Of a DNA stretch of 35,097 bases, positions 10,221 to 19,944 are shown piece by piece. Position 1 is the stretch's first letter. Each line of letters begins with the position of its first letter. Source of the DNA: a bacterium. GTDB lineage: Bacteria; J088; JAWLBW01. Location of the stretch: the NCBI GenBank assembly GCA_041690355.1, contig JAWLHK010000016.1:62001-97097 (forward strand), in the 5' to 3' direction. A program made the translations under genes and the position numbers. The notes under the pieces were generated by a model. It saw only the letters and a list, made by a program, of their open reading frames with translations. It made no database searches and was not told where the DNA came from.

Positions 10221-11293
10221 GCGCCCTCGATACCCATCGCTTTCTGCTGCGCCTGTTCGGGCTCACGGTGATCGCCGGTGCGGTGACCGCAGCGTGGCTT
10301 CTGGTCGAGCTGTTTGCCCTGACTTTTCTGGCCGTCGTCATGGCTGTGTTCTGGAGCGATGCGGCAGCGCGCCTGCGCCGGCCCGGCCGCCTGCGGATCG
10401 TCCCGCGCTGGATGACAGTCTTCTTTGTCGTCTTCGCAAGCATGGCCTTCACCGCCGCCCTCTTCGTGCTTCTGCTCGGGCCCGCTGTGATGCAGGCCCG
10501 GCAGTTCGCCTCGCTGCTCCCCACGTTTCTTCGTGATCTCTGGATGCGGGTGCAGCCCGAGCTGCGCAGTCTGCCCGGTATGGCTGAGTTCGACCCCGCG
10601 GCCATACAGCTCGACACGGTCACGCGGGAGTTTTTCACGTCAGGCCTGGGGGTCGTGACCACGGGGGTCAGCTGGAGCCTGATGGGCGTCACCCTGTTCT
10701 TTGTCGCTCTCTTTCTGGCGCTCGAACCCGAACGGTACCGCGACGGGCTTGTTGCGCTGCTGCCGCAGCCCCGGCAGCGAAAGGCGGCGCAGATGCTCGC
10801 GCGCGCACAACGCGGCCTGCTGACGTGGACGCATCAGACCGCGCTGCGGCTCGCCGTCACCGGCACGCTGTTCACGGCGATCCTCCTGCTGCTCGGCTTC
10901 GAGTTCGCGCTGTTCTTCGGGCTCGCGGCGGCCGTGCTCCAGATCGTGCCGTTTCTGGGTCCCCTCCTGGGCCTTGTCGGGCCGCTCGTGACCGCGCTGG
11001 CGGTCGCTCCGGGCCGCGCGCTGCCGGTTACCATGCTCTACCTTCTGATTCTCGGCCTGCAGGACCGCCTGCTGATCCCCCGCGTGCTGCGCTGGCATCT
11101 GAACCTGCCCGCGCCGCTGCTGCTCATCCTCATCATCGGCATGGCGCGCATCCTGGGCGTTCTCGGCGTGCTGCTCGCCGCGCCGGCCCTGACGGCGGCG
11201 CTACTGCTTCTCGAGACCGGTCTGGGGCCGCGCTGGACCCTGCGCGTGCTCGAGCCGGCGCGCGCGCCCGCACCGGCCGCAGACCAGGATTGA
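10217..11293 (+). CDS. AI-2E family transporter, copy 2
   Basis: True start is most likely GTG 10217 (GTGA overlap with the copy 1 stop, in frame with track ORF 9116..11293). Motifs PERYRDG, LQIVPFLGP and LQDRLLIP...LPAPLL...LGVLGVLLAAP. Confidence 0.88.
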   Translation: MSALDTHRFLLRLFGLTVIAGAVTAAWLLVELFALTFLAVVMAVFWSDAAARLRRPGRLRIVPRWMTVFFVVFASMAFTAALFVLLLGPAVMQARQFASLLPTFLRDLWMRVQPELRSLPGMAEFDPAAIQLDTVTREFFTSGLGVVTTGVSWSLMGVTLFFVALFLALEPERYRDGLVALLPQPRQRKAAQMLARAQRGLLTWTHQTALRLAVTGTLFTAILLLLGFEFALFFGLAAAVLQIVPFLGPLLGLVGPLVTALAVAPGRALPVTMLYLLILGLQDRLLIPRVLRWHLNLPAPLLLILIIGMARILGVLGVLLAAPALTAALLLLETGLGPRWTLRVLEPARAPAPAADQD

Positions 11294-11301
11294 AACAGAC
11301 G

Positions 11302-11335
11302 GAAAAACAAAGGGCCGCCCTTGCGGGGCGGCCCT
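11302..11335 (-). terminator. Intrinsic terminator after topA
   Basis: Minus strand reads AGGGCCGCCC-CGCAA-GGGCGGCCCT followed by TTGTTTTT; it lies between convergent genes. Confidence 0.85.
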
Positions 11336-11356
11336 GGAATTTCGAAGGGGAAGCCG

Positions 11357-13780
11357 TCAGGCGCCGGCCGGCGCCGGCGGCTCGACCACGCGCTCGTAGG
11401 CGCATTCCTTCTGCGGACACTTGATGACCGTTCCTTTGCGCTTGGTCGTCTTCTGAACGAGATGCGACCAGCCGCAATCGGGGCACGGCTCGTCGACCGG
11501 CGGATCCCAGCTCACGTAATCGCAATCGGGATACTTGTCGCAGCCGTAGAAGATCTTGCGCGTGCCGGCGCGCTCGATGAGTTCGCCGCCGTCCTTGGGG
11601 CATTTCACGCCGACGGGAAACGGCCGCGCGCTCTTGCACGTCGGATAGTTCTCGCAGGCGATGTACCGATTTCCCTTGCGGGCGCGGCGCACCATGAGCT
11701 TCGTGCCGCAGGTTTCGCAGACGCCTCCAGCCTCGCCGAGTACGACTTCAGGCTGGCCCTGAGACTTGAGCGGCTTCGTGAACTTGCACTCGGGATAGGC
11801 GCTGCAGGCCAGGAACTCACCGAAGCGCCCCTTGCGCAGCACCAGGGCCGAGTTGCAGCGCTCGCAGGTCTGCCCCTCGGCCGCCTCTGCGGTCTCGGCG
11901 GCGGTGACCGGCACGATCCTGCCGTCTTCGCGCTTGAACTCCATCGTGTTCTTGCACTCGGGATAGCCACTGCAGGCGAGAAACTCTCCGCGCCGCCCCC
12001 ACTTGATGACCATCGTGCTGCCGCACTTCTCGCACTTCAGATCGGTCTCGATGTTCTGGCGCTTGACGTCGCGCATGTGCTTCTTGGCGAGCTTGAGCGT
12101 CGTTTCGAAGGGGCCGTAGAAGTCATGCAGCTCCTTCAGCCAGTCATGCTTGCCCTCTTCGATGAGGTCGAGGCGTTTTTCCATCTGTGCCGTGAAGCCG
12201 GGGTCGAGAATCTCCTTGAAGTTCTCGACGAGCAGATCGGTCACCAGCAGGCCCATTTCGGTCGGATAGAACTTGCCCTCACGCCGCTCGACATACTCCT
12301 TGTCCTGAATCGTCTGCAGGATGCTGGCATACGTGCTCGGGCGGCCGATTTCGCGCTCTTCGAGCTCCTTGACGAGCGTGCTTTCGGTGAATCGCGCCGG
12401 CGGCTGCGTGAAGTGCTGGTTCGGGGTCAGCTCGATGAGCTTCGGGCGGTCCCCCTCCTGCAGCGGCGGCAGCACCCCCTCTTCGTTCTCGGCGTCGGGC
12501 GCATCGGTCCCCTCGAGGTAGACCTCCATGAAGCCCTTGAACTTGAGGACGTTGCCGTTGGCGCGGAACACGTGGGGGCCGTTCGTCAGATCCACGGCCG
12601 TCTGGTCGTAGACGGCGGGGGGCATCTGCGAAGCCACGAAGCGGTTCCAGACGAGCGTGTACAGGTTCAGCATATCCTTGTCGAGATACGCCTTGACCTT
12701 CTCGGGCGGATTCGCGAGCGAGGTCGGCCGGATGGCTTCGTGGGCCTCCTGGGCCGAGGCTTTCGCCTTGTACTCGTTCGGTTTCGCGGGCACGAACTCC
12801 TTGCCGTAGCGGGTTGCAATGTAGTCGCGCACCTCGGCGATGGCGTCGTTGCTCACGCGCACCGAGTCGGTACGCATATAAGTGATGAGGCCGACCGTGC
12901 CCTCGTCTCCCAGCTCAATCCCTTCGTAGAGACGCTGGGCCAGGGTCATCGTCTTCTTGGCCGTGAAGCCGTGCTTGCGGGCGGCGTCCTGCTGCAGCTT
13001 CGACGTGATGAACGGCGGGGTAGGCTTGCGCTGGCGCTCCTTGCGTTCGGCCGCCGTGACGGTGAAGGCCCCCTTGCGCAGGGACTCGACGATACCGTGG
13101 GCCTTCTCGCCGTTATCGACCTTCGCCTTCTCGCCGTCGATGCGGAAAAGTTTGGCCGCGAACGGCGGGGGCTGATCGGCTTCGAAGCGGGCGTCAATCG
13201 TCCAGTACTCTTCGGCGACGAACTTCTCGATTTCGCGTTCGCGCTCGACCACAAGGCGCACGGCCACGCTCTGCACGCGGCCGGCGCTCAGCCCGCGGCG
13301 CACCTTGTTCCACAGCAGCGGTGAGATCTCGTAACCGACGATGCGGTCGAGAATACGCCGGGCCTGCTGTGCATTATAGAGGTTCTCGTTGAGCTCGAGC
13401 GGATGCTGGATGGCCTCGACGATGGCCTTCTTCGTAATTTCGTTGAAGCGGGCGCGAAAGACGCGTTTGCCCTTGGTCGCCGGGCTGAGTTCTTCGGCGA
13501 TGTGCCAGGCGATCGCCTCCCCTTCGCGGTCGGGGTCGGGGGCCAGCACGACCTGGTCGGCCTTCTCGGCCGCCTTGCGCAGCTCGGTCACGACCTTCTG
13601 CTTGCCCTTCATGACCTCGTACTGGGGCTTGAAATCGTGCTCGACATCGACGCCCAGCTTCTTCGAAGGCAGATCCTTAATGTGCCCTACGCTGGCCTTG
13701 ACGTCATAGCCGCGCCCCAGGTACTTCTGAATGGTTTTTGCCTTCGCGGGGGACTCGACGACCACCAACGTTTTGCTCAT
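11357..13780 (-). CDS. topA: DNA topoisomerase I (type IA)
   Basis: TOPRIM VVESPAKAKTI and DPDREGEAI; SAGRVQS; catalytic LITYMRTD; QEAHEAIRPT; GRPSTYA; five C-terminal Cys-rich zinc-ribbon-like repeats. Confidence 0.97.
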   Translation of the reverse strand: MSKTLVVVESPAKAKTIQKYLGRGYDVKASVGHIKDLPSKKLGVDVEHDFKPQYEVMKGKQKVVTELRKAAEKADQVVLAPDPDREGEAIAWHIAEELSPATKGKRVFRARFNEITKKAIVEAIQHPLELNENLYNAQQARRILDRIVGYEISPLLWNKVRRGLSAGRVQSVAVRLVVEREREIEKFVAEEYWTIDARFEADQPPPFAAKLFRIDGEKAKVDNGEKAHGIVESLRKGAFTVTAAERKERQRKPTPPFITSKLQQDAARKHGFTAKKTMTLAQRLYEGIELGDEGTVGLITYMRTDSVRVSNDAIAEVRDYIATRYGKEFVPAKPNEYKAKASAQEAHEAIRPTSLANPPEKVKAYLDKDMLNLYTLVWNRFVASQMPPAVYDQTAVDLTNGPHVFRANGNVLKFKGFMEVYLEGTDAPDAENEEGVLPPLQEGDRPKLIELTPNQHFTQPPARFTESTLVKELEEREIGRPSTYASILQTIQDKEYVERREGKFYPTEMGLLVTDLLVENFKEILDPGFTAQMEKRLDLIEEGKHDWLKELHDFYGPFETTLKLAKKHMRDVKRQNIETDLKCEKCGSTMVIKWGRRGEFLACSGYPECKNTMEFKREDGRIVPVTAAETAEAAEGQTCERCNSALVLRKGRFGEFLACSAYPECKFTKPLKSQGQPEVVLGEAGGVCETCGTKLMVRRARKGNRYIACENYPTCKSARPFPVGVKCPKDGGELIERAGTRKIFYGCDKYPDCDYVSWDPPVDEPCPDCGWSHLVQKTTKRKGTVIKCPQKECAYERVVEPPAPAGA

Positions 13781-14883
13781 GTTTCACCAAACTCCCGGCT
13801 GCCGCGGATATAAGTTTTGCCCCCCATCGGGCGGGCCCATCCGTGCAGTTCCATTTGCAACAAGATGCCTAAAACCTCAGAAGAACGCAACCGGGATCGT
13901 GAAATCACCGTGTCGACGTGCACCGGTTCGTTCCCCAGCGCGTCCCAGACAGCTTGAAATTCCGGTGGAACCTCAAGGACTTGCCGCGCGCCTGCATCCG
14001 CCGCCGAAAAAGCGGGAGAACAGGCGGCGATCACGTCGGCAGCCTCTTCGATCAGCCCGGCCCCTTCGGTGAGCAGCACGTGCCCGCCGCGATTCGGTCC
14101 TCCGGCCGGCCCGGGCACCACGAGCACCTCGCGCCCCTGATCCAGGGCCTGGCGGGCCGTGATGAGCGCCCCGCTCTTCTCGCCCGCCTCGAGGATGACC
14201 ACCGCGCGCACGAGGCCGCTGATCATCCGGTTGCGGCGCGCAAAAAACGCCCGTTCGACCGGAGTACCCGGCGGCCATTCGCTCACGAGCGCCCCCCGTT
14301 CGGTGACGCGGGCGGCCAGCCCCTTGTGCTCGGCAGGATAGATATGGGTGGGCGCCGTGCCGAGCACCGCCACCGTGAGCCCGCCCGCCTGCAGCACGGC
14401 CTTGTGCGAAGCGCCGTCGATGCCGTGGGCGAGACCGCTGACGACGACGAGGCCGGCCTGGGCGAGCCCCCGCGCGATGCGTTCGGCGTGAAACAGGCCG
14501 TAGCTCGTCGCGTGGCGCGAGCCGACCATGGCCACGGCTGGTTCTCCGAGCACGGCGGGATCGCCGAGCCCATATAAGATGAAAGGCGGATCGTGAATCT
14601 CACGCAGCAGCGGCGGATACCCTTCATCGAAGAGACTCAGCGTCCACACGCCGGCACGCTCGATCGCTTCACACTGCGGGCCCACGTCGCCCCCGGCGGC
14701 CGCCCGCAGGGGCCCATGAAGCCGGCGGGGGATGCCGGCCCTGGCCCAGGCCTCGTCCGGGGCGTGCAGCAGCCCCGAGGCACTCGGAAACGCCTTTGAA
14801 AGCCGCGCGAGGCCTGTGCCCCCCAGCCCCGGCACCGTCGTCAGGCGCAAGGCGTCGATATGGGTCTGCGGATGCGGATGCAT
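13777..14883 (-). CDS. dprA: DNA-processing protein DprA/Smf
   Basis: YPPLLREIHDPP, VAMVGSR, VVSGLAHGIDGASH, FARRNRMISGL, KSGALITA and a C-terminal winged helix. Start ATG 14883 has AAGGGG upstream; ATGA overlap with topA. Confidence 0.95.
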   Translation of the reverse strand: MHPHPQTHIDALRLTTVPGLGGTGLARLSKAFPSASGLLHAPDEAWARAGIPRRLHGPLRAAAGGDVGPQCEAIERAGVWTLSLFDEGYPPLLREIHDPPFILYGLGDPAVLGEPAVAMVGSRHATSYGLFHAERIARGLAQAGLVVVSGLAHGIDGASHKAVLQAGGLTVAVLGTAPTHIYPAEHKGLAARVTERGALVSEWPPGTPVERAFFARRNRMISGLVRAVVILEAGEKSGALITARQALDQGREVLVVPGPAGGPNRGGHVLLTEGAGLIEEAADVIAACSPAFSAADAGARQVLEVPPEFQAVWDALGNEPVHVDTVISRSRLRSSEVLGILLQMELHGWARPMGGKTYIRGSREFGET

Positions 14884-14939
14884 GGCCCCCTTCCGGGCAC
14901 CACTATACTCTCGTCCGGCCGAGGCATCCACGGGGGCCG

Positions 14940-14971
14940 AAAAAAAAAGAGGACGGCCGCGGCCGTCCTCT
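14940..14971 (-). terminator. Intrinsic terminator after the LysM/tsaP gene
   Basis: Perfect 24-bp palindrome AGAGGACGGCCGCGGCCGTCCTCT (14948-14971) followed on the minus strand by a run of 8-9 T. Confidence 0.85.
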
Positions 14972-15002
14972 CCGTTGAATTCATGGCGCTTCGCGCCGCG
15001 GC

Positions 15003-16196
15003 TCAAGGCTGCGGGAAGGTCCGGATGCGGTCACCGCGCTGAATGGCGTCCTGGGAGTCCCAGACGAGCGCCGTCGCCGTACGGGGCCGGGTGTCGACGA
15101 TGATGCCGGCGCCGAGAATCTTCGGCGGCAGTTTCACCATGCGTCCGGTCACGACGTCGAGCTCAGGTTCGGCCTCGCGGTAAATCTGGAAGGTCTGGCC
15201 GATTTCGACGCCATTGCGCTTGCCCTTGTCCACATAAATGATCGAGTGTTCGCCGGCGAGCAGCAGGTCGTTGGCGAGCGAAACGACATAGCCGCGCAGC
15301 TTTTCGGACGGCTGGGGGAAGATGCGCTTCTCGAAGGGCTCGAACTTGCGCAGCAACGTGCCCTTCTCGATGGCGCCGTAGCTTTCGAGAATGCGGGCCG
15401 CCGCCGTCTGCCGGTGCACCGACGTGACCTCGAGAATGCCGAGCTGAACCGTGCGCCAGCCGACTTCTTCTCCGGTTTCGGGGTGCGTGATCTTTTCTTC
15501 GGTCCCGAAGGCCTGAAACCGCTGACCGACTTCGACGCCCGAAGATTCTCCCAGGCTGATGAAGACCAGATCTTCCTGCCCGTAGAGCAGGCGTTCGCTG
15601 TGCGAGCCGACGACCGAAGCCGCAGCTTTGACTTCATCGCGCGCAATGAAGCCTTCGCTTCCGACGCGCACGTAGTAACGCGCTTCCTGCGGAAGCGAGA
15701 TAATGGCGGTGGTGAGGCGCGACTCCGAAGGCAGGGTCGGCAGTTCTGACTCGACAGCCAGGGTGTCCATCTGCTCGACCGCGAGGCTCGGCTCTTCAGG
15801 CGCCTCGAGAACCTCTTCGGGCTCGGGCGTCTCGGCGGGCGCCTCGGCGAACTGCTGCGGCGCCTCGGTCGGGCCGGCCACGATCTGCTGCGCGGGTGCG
15901 GTCGCGGCCTCGGCGACGGGGGCCAGCGGCGCGCTCAGGTCGGGGATGCGCAGCTCCTGGCCCGGAAAAATCAGGTGCGGATTCACGATGCCCGGGTTCA
16001 CATGCCACAGGCGCGGCCAGTACCACGGGCTGTTCAGATACGTCGCCGAAATGTCCCACAGCGTGTCGCCGGTCTCGATGATGTAGACACGGGTCTGCGG
16101 GGCCGACTCAGGCTGAACCTCCTGCTGCGCCGACGCGATGACCGCACCCAGCGACAAGGCCGACAACGAAATCAGACCCAGAGCAACTCGTTTCAT
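15003..16196 (-). CDS. tsaP: LysM peptidoglycan-binding protein, TsaP-like (T4P secretin-associated)
   Basis: Signal peptide; LysM YIIETGDTLWDISATYLNSPWYWPRLWHVNPGIVNPHLIFPGQ; P/E/A-rich linker; C-terminal beta domains (HPETGEEVG...GILEV, IYVDKG..NGVEIG). Position immediately upstream of dprA is typical of tsaP. Confidence 0.75.
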   Translation of the reverse strand: MKRVALGLISLSALSLGAVIASAQQEVQPESAPQTRVYIIETGDTLWDISATYLNSPWYWPRLWHVNPGIVNPHLIFPGQELRIPDLSAPLAPVAEAATAPAQQIVAGPTEAPQQFAEAPAETPEPEEVLEAPEEPSLAVEQMDTLAVESELPTLPSESRLTTAIISLPQEARYYVRVGSEGFIARDEVKAAASVVGSHSERLLYGQEDLVFISLGESSGVEVGQRFQAFGTEEKITHPETGEEVGWRTVQLGILEVTSVHRQTAAARILESYGAIEKGTLLRKFEPFEKRIFPQPSEKLRGYVVSLANDLLLAGEHSIIYVDKGKRNGVEIGQTFQIYREAEPELDVVTGRMVKLPPKILGAGIIVDTRPRTATALVWDSQDAIQRGDRIRTFPQP

Positions 16197-16227
16197 GACT
16201 CCTCCTTACGGGGCGCCCGCCGCGGGC

Positions 16228-16935
16228 TCACGACCCCAGCGTTTGCAGCCGTTCCCGGGCTTTGCGGGCCGGTTCGCTCCACGAAAAATCCCTCACGATA
16301 CGCTCCAGCGACTCGCGGGCGCGATCACGCTCACCAAGCTCGATGTAACAGAACGCCATCTTGAGCAGTGCGTCGGGAACCTTGTTCCCGTTCGGATACC
16401 GCGTGATCACATGCCCGAAGCTCGTCAACGCCGCACGGTAGTCCCTGCGCGCATAGTCGATTTCGCCCAGCCAGTACTGTGCGTTGTCGCTCAGTTCGTG
16501 ATCGGGATAGCGATCGATGAGCGACTGGAACTTAGGCCCTGATGTTGCGTAGTCGCCTACTTTCAAGAGCTCGTAGGCGTCGCGATACAGGCCCGCCGCG
16601 TCTGCCCCGGTCTCGGGGGGCGTTGCGATGACAGCGACGTTCTTTGCAGGCGCGGCATGTGCCGCCGGCGCCGGATATACGGGCTTACGGGCCAGCGCCT
16701 CGTTCTGCGCGCGCAGATCGGCCATATCGAGCGACATCTGCTCGACGCGGTCCTGCAGGAGAAAGACGGTGTGACTGAGACGATTGATCTCGTCGAGGCG
16801 AGCGGCCGACAGCGCCTGATTACGCTGTATGGCCGAAAGCGACTTCTCGAGTTCGTCGGTCCGCTGCTGTAGTTTACCTGTCGCACAGCCCGTCGTCAGG
16901 ACGAGAGCCGCGCACAGGAGAAAGCGATGAGCCAT
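16228..16935 (-). CDS. ybgF: Tol-Pal-associated TPR protein YbgF/CpoB, lipoprotein form
   Basis: Lipobox LTTGC, coiled coil, and TPRs with SDNAQYWLGE and YPNGNKVPDALLK. Confidence 0.9.
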   Translation of the reverse strand: MAHRFLLCAALVLTTGCATGKLQQRTDELEKSLSAIQRNQALSAARLDEINRLSHTVFLLQDRVEQMSLDMADLRAQNEALARKPVYPAPAAHAAPAKNVAVIATPPETGADAAGLYRDAYELLKVGDYATSGPKFQSLIDRYPDHELSDNAQYWLGEIDYARRDYRAALTSFGHVITRYPNGNKVPDALLKMAFCYIELGERDRARESLERIVRDFSWSEPARKARERLQTLGS

Positions 16936-16969
16936 CCGGAGCGCTCAACAAAGCAAGAATTTAGTGGAG

Positions 16970-16998
16970 ATATTACTGGAAAGCCCTGAAATTGTCAA
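16970..16998 (-). promoter_or_regulatory. Sigma70-type promoter for ybgF-tsaP
   Basis: Minus strand TTGACA (16998-16993), 17-bp spacer, TAATAT (16975-16970), with an AT-rich stretch upstream. Confidence 0.8.
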
Positions 16999-17043
16999 AA
17001 ATTTTCGCGAAGCGCTGCGCCGACGGGAGCCTTGGGGGCGACC

Positions 17044-19944
17044 CTAGAACGGGGCGCCGATGGCAAAGTGGATTTCGTAAGGGCTCAGCAGATCGACCGA
17101 GGGCACCTTGAGAATGTCGGCGGCCTGGTCGCGGTTCAGCTTCCAGCCGACGTCGAGCCGGATCGGACCCACCGGCGTGTCGTAGCGCAGCCCCGTGCCT
17201 GCCGTCATGAGCAACGGCAGCTCGACGTCCTGGAATCCCGACCATACGCGCCCCGCGTCGTGAAAGAGCACCCCCCCCAGGTTCCAGACCAGCGGAAAGC
17301 GGAACTCGAGCTGGTAGTTCAGCATGGCCAGCCCGCCGTCTTCGCCGGAGGGGATGCGGGCGCCGCCGACGGGGATGTAGATCCGATCGAGACCGTAGCC
17401 GCGCACCGAATTGACCCCGCCGAGCACGTACTTGTGGGTCTTGATGAGGTAGGAACTGGGCGGGAGCAGCGCAATGTATCCGGTGCGCACCACGGCATTG
17501 AGCCCCCAGCGGTCGGCGAGGCGGAAGTAGTGCCCGACGCTCAGGTCCTGGCGCACGAAGTGGAAATCAGATCCGATCTGAGGGACGCCGTAAAACAGGC
17601 GATACGTGCCGATGGTGCCGCGCGTGGGGTTGAACTGATCGTTCCGGTAGTCGGCAATCACGAAGCTGTCGAGCCCGGCGACATAGAAAATGCGTTCGCT
17701 TGCCGACGACGGCAGGTCGATGTTCGGCACGTCGACGTTCTGGCAGCGCATCGCTTCGGCAAGCGAGACGTCGCAGTCGACCGGCGCGGTCTTGTGAAAA
17801 AAGCGATCCTTCTCCCAACTGTACTGCGGGATGAACCGCCAATGGGGCTCCAGGGTACGTTCACCGCCGAGAATGATGCGGTTGATCGTGTAGTTGTAGG
17901 TGCGTTCGCGATGGCTGAGTTCATTGATATAGTTGACGCGGCCCGCCCAATCGCCGCTGAACAGCCAGGGCTCGCGGTAACCCAGGTCGATGTGATATTC
18001 GCTGGGGGTCTCGAACGTGTCGAAAGCCGTGAAGAACCAGCTGATTTCTCCCAGCGCCCGGATGCTGCGCGCCGTCCCGAAAAGGTTGCGGTGCGCCGCT
18101 TCGGCCGACAGACTCAGCCCTTCGGCCGTACCGAGCCCGATGCCCAGGTCGACGCTTCCGTTACGCCGCTCCTGCACCTTCACGAGCAGGTTGGCCACCC
18201 CCGCGCGCACGTCTGTCGAGAGCACTTCAACCCCGACCGCCCCGAAGATGCCGAGGCGATAGAGGCGCCGCTGCGTGTCGAGAAAGAGTTCGGGATTGAC
18301 GAACTCGCCCTGCTGCATGAGCAGATGCCGGCGCAGCACTTCGTCGTTGGTCCGGGTGTTGCCCTGCAGAAAAATCTGGCCGACCCGATAGCGTATTCCT
18401 TCGCTGATCTGCAGCCGCAGCGTGACCGACTCGGGACCGTCTGCATAGGTCGACCCCTCGTCGACGCGGGCATCGAGAAAGCCCAGGCTGCGATAGGCCG
18501 AGCGGATGCGGTCGACTCCGGCGTTGAAGCGGAACGGATCGAACGGATCGCCGGGGCGCAGGCCAAGCTTCTCAAGCAGCTCGTCAGGTTCGAAGAAGCG
18601 ATTGCCTTCGATTTCGATCGCCGCGATGCGCGATTGGACCCCTTCGTCAATGTCGTAGACCAGGGCCAGGTCACCGTCTTCTTCGCGCAGGTTCCACGAC
18701 TCCACACGCGCGCCCAGGTAGCCGTGACGGCGGTAGACATCGAGCAGCGACTCGCTCCCCTGTTCACGGTTGGTAAGCGGAAACGTACCGTCAGCAGAAG
18801 AGAAGAACAGGCTGTACCAGCGCCGCGGCCGCACGGGCTGCGACGCGGAGAGCATGTCGGCGCTCAATGCCCCGGCCCCTTCGAACCGAACGACGTCAAT
18901 ATAGCGCTGCCGCCCCTCGGTGATGCGAAAGACGTAACGACGCAGGTTGCCGTCAGTCTGTTCTTCGATATCGAGTTCGACGACGGCGTCGATGAATCCG
19001 GCCGATTGATAGAGTCCGAGAAGCCGGCGGCGGATGTCTTCGGCCCCCCCGGGCGGCAGGGGCTCTCCGCGGTCGAGGTTCAAAAGATCAATCAGATCCC
19101 GGCGGCTGAAATATCGGTTGCCCTGAATCACGACCGAGATGCGGGCGCCGGTCTCGACAACGAGGGCAAGCGTGACCGTGTTCGACGCAGAATTCCAGGC
19201 AACGGCCGGCTCTTCCATCCGATACTGCAGGTAACCGCGCGCGACGAGCGCCGCCGCCAGGTTCTCCTGGGCCCCGAGCATGGCCGTGCGCGAAAATCGG
19301 TCGCCCGCCTGCAGGGTAAAGGCCTGCTGTACGAAAGGCAGCAACCCTCCCGTTCCGCCGAAGCGCACCCGCTCGACGACAGCCCGGTCACCCTCAACGA
19401 TGTTGACGCGCAGATCGACCTGGCGGCCCCCGCGCTCGCGGACGTCGACCTCGATGCGCGCCTGAAAGTAGCCATTCTCACGGTAGACCCGCTGCAGGCT
19501 CGCCTCGATGGCGGGAACCGACTCGGGCTGAAACTCGGCTCCTTCCTTGATTTCCAGAACGCCGAGAATTTCCTGCTCTTCGAGGTTGCGCACGCCGTAG
19601 AATGTGATGTCGCGAACCAGGATGCGCGGCAACAGCACATACCGCAGCCGCACCGAGCCGTCAATCTCGTCGGCGAAGACCTCGACATTGCGCACCGGCA
19701 ACGTCAGATAGAGCCGGCGTACGTCGAGGTCGACCTGGCGCATCGAAAAGGCATCGCCGGCGCGCACAGACGTGATTTCGGCCACTTCGCTGCGGGCAAT
19801 GCCGTCGGGAACCTGGTAACCGACGTCACTCACCGGCAGCCCCTCGATTGACGCAGCGGCAGCGGTGGGCACCGACGTGTCGGCACGGCCGCTCACGGGA
19901 GTGAACAGCAGCAGGAATGCAAGCCATGCCGCGGGCCAATTCAT
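17044..19944 (-). CDS. tamA: Omp85-family outer-membrane assembly protein (TamA-like by context)
   Basis: Signal peptide; repeated POTRA-like motifs (Y..NGYFQARI, GYLGARV, GNTRT...LYRLGIF); barrel with GGVNSVRGY and GLRYDTPVGPIRLD; terminal F. ATGA overlap with tamB. Confidence 0.8.
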   Translation of the reverse strand: MNWPAAWLAFLLLFTPVSGRADTSVPTAAAASIEGLPVSDVGYQVPDGIARSEVAEITSVRAGDAFSMRQVDLDVRRLYLTLPVRNVEVFADEIDGSVRLRYVLLPRILVRDITFYGVRNLEEQEILGVLEIKEGAEFQPESVPAIEASLQRVYRENGYFQARIEVDVRERGGRQVDLRVNIVEGDRAVVERVRFGGTGGLLPFVQQAFTLQAGDRFSRTAMLGAQENLAAALVARGYLQYRMEEPAVAWNSASNTVTLALVVETGARISVVIQGNRYFSRRDLIDLLNLDRGEPLPPGGAEDIRRRLLGLYQSAGFIDAVVELDIEEQTDGNLRRYVFRITEGRQRYIDVVRFEGAGALSADMLSASQPVRPRRWYSLFFSSADGTFPLTNREQGSESLLDVYRRHGYLGARVESWNLREEDGDLALVYDIDEGVQSRIAAIEIEGNRFFEPDELLEKLGLRPGDPFDPFRFNAGVDRIRSAYRSLGFLDARVDEGSTYADGPESVTLRLQISEGIRYRVGQIFLQGNTRTNDEVLRRHLLMQQGEFVNPELFLDTQRRLYRLGIFGAVGVEVLSTDVRAGVANLLVKVQERRNGSVDLGIGLGTAEGLSLSAEAAHRNLFGTARSIRALGEISWFFTAFDTFETPSEYHIDLGYREPWLFSGDWAGRVNYINELSHRERTYNYTINRIILGGERTLEPHWRFIPQYSWEKDRFFHKTAPVDCDVSLAEAMRCQNVDVPNIDLPSSASERIFYVAGLDSFVIADYRNDQFNPTRGTIGTYRLFYGVPQIGSDFHFVRQDLSVGHYFRLADRWGLNAVVRTGYIALLPPSSYLIKTHKYVLGGVNSVRGYGLDRIYIPVGGARIPSGEDGGLAMLNYQLEFRFPLVWNLGGVLFHDAGRVWSGFQDVELPLLMTAGTGLRYDTPVGPIRLDVGWKLNRDQAADILKVPSVDLLSPYEIHFAIGAPF

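Noticed and set aside
14884-15006. Extended N-terminus of DprA in the ORF track (TTG 15006)
   Set aside because: It runs through a terminator hairpin. ATG 14883 has an SD-like sequence and fits the usual DprA length.
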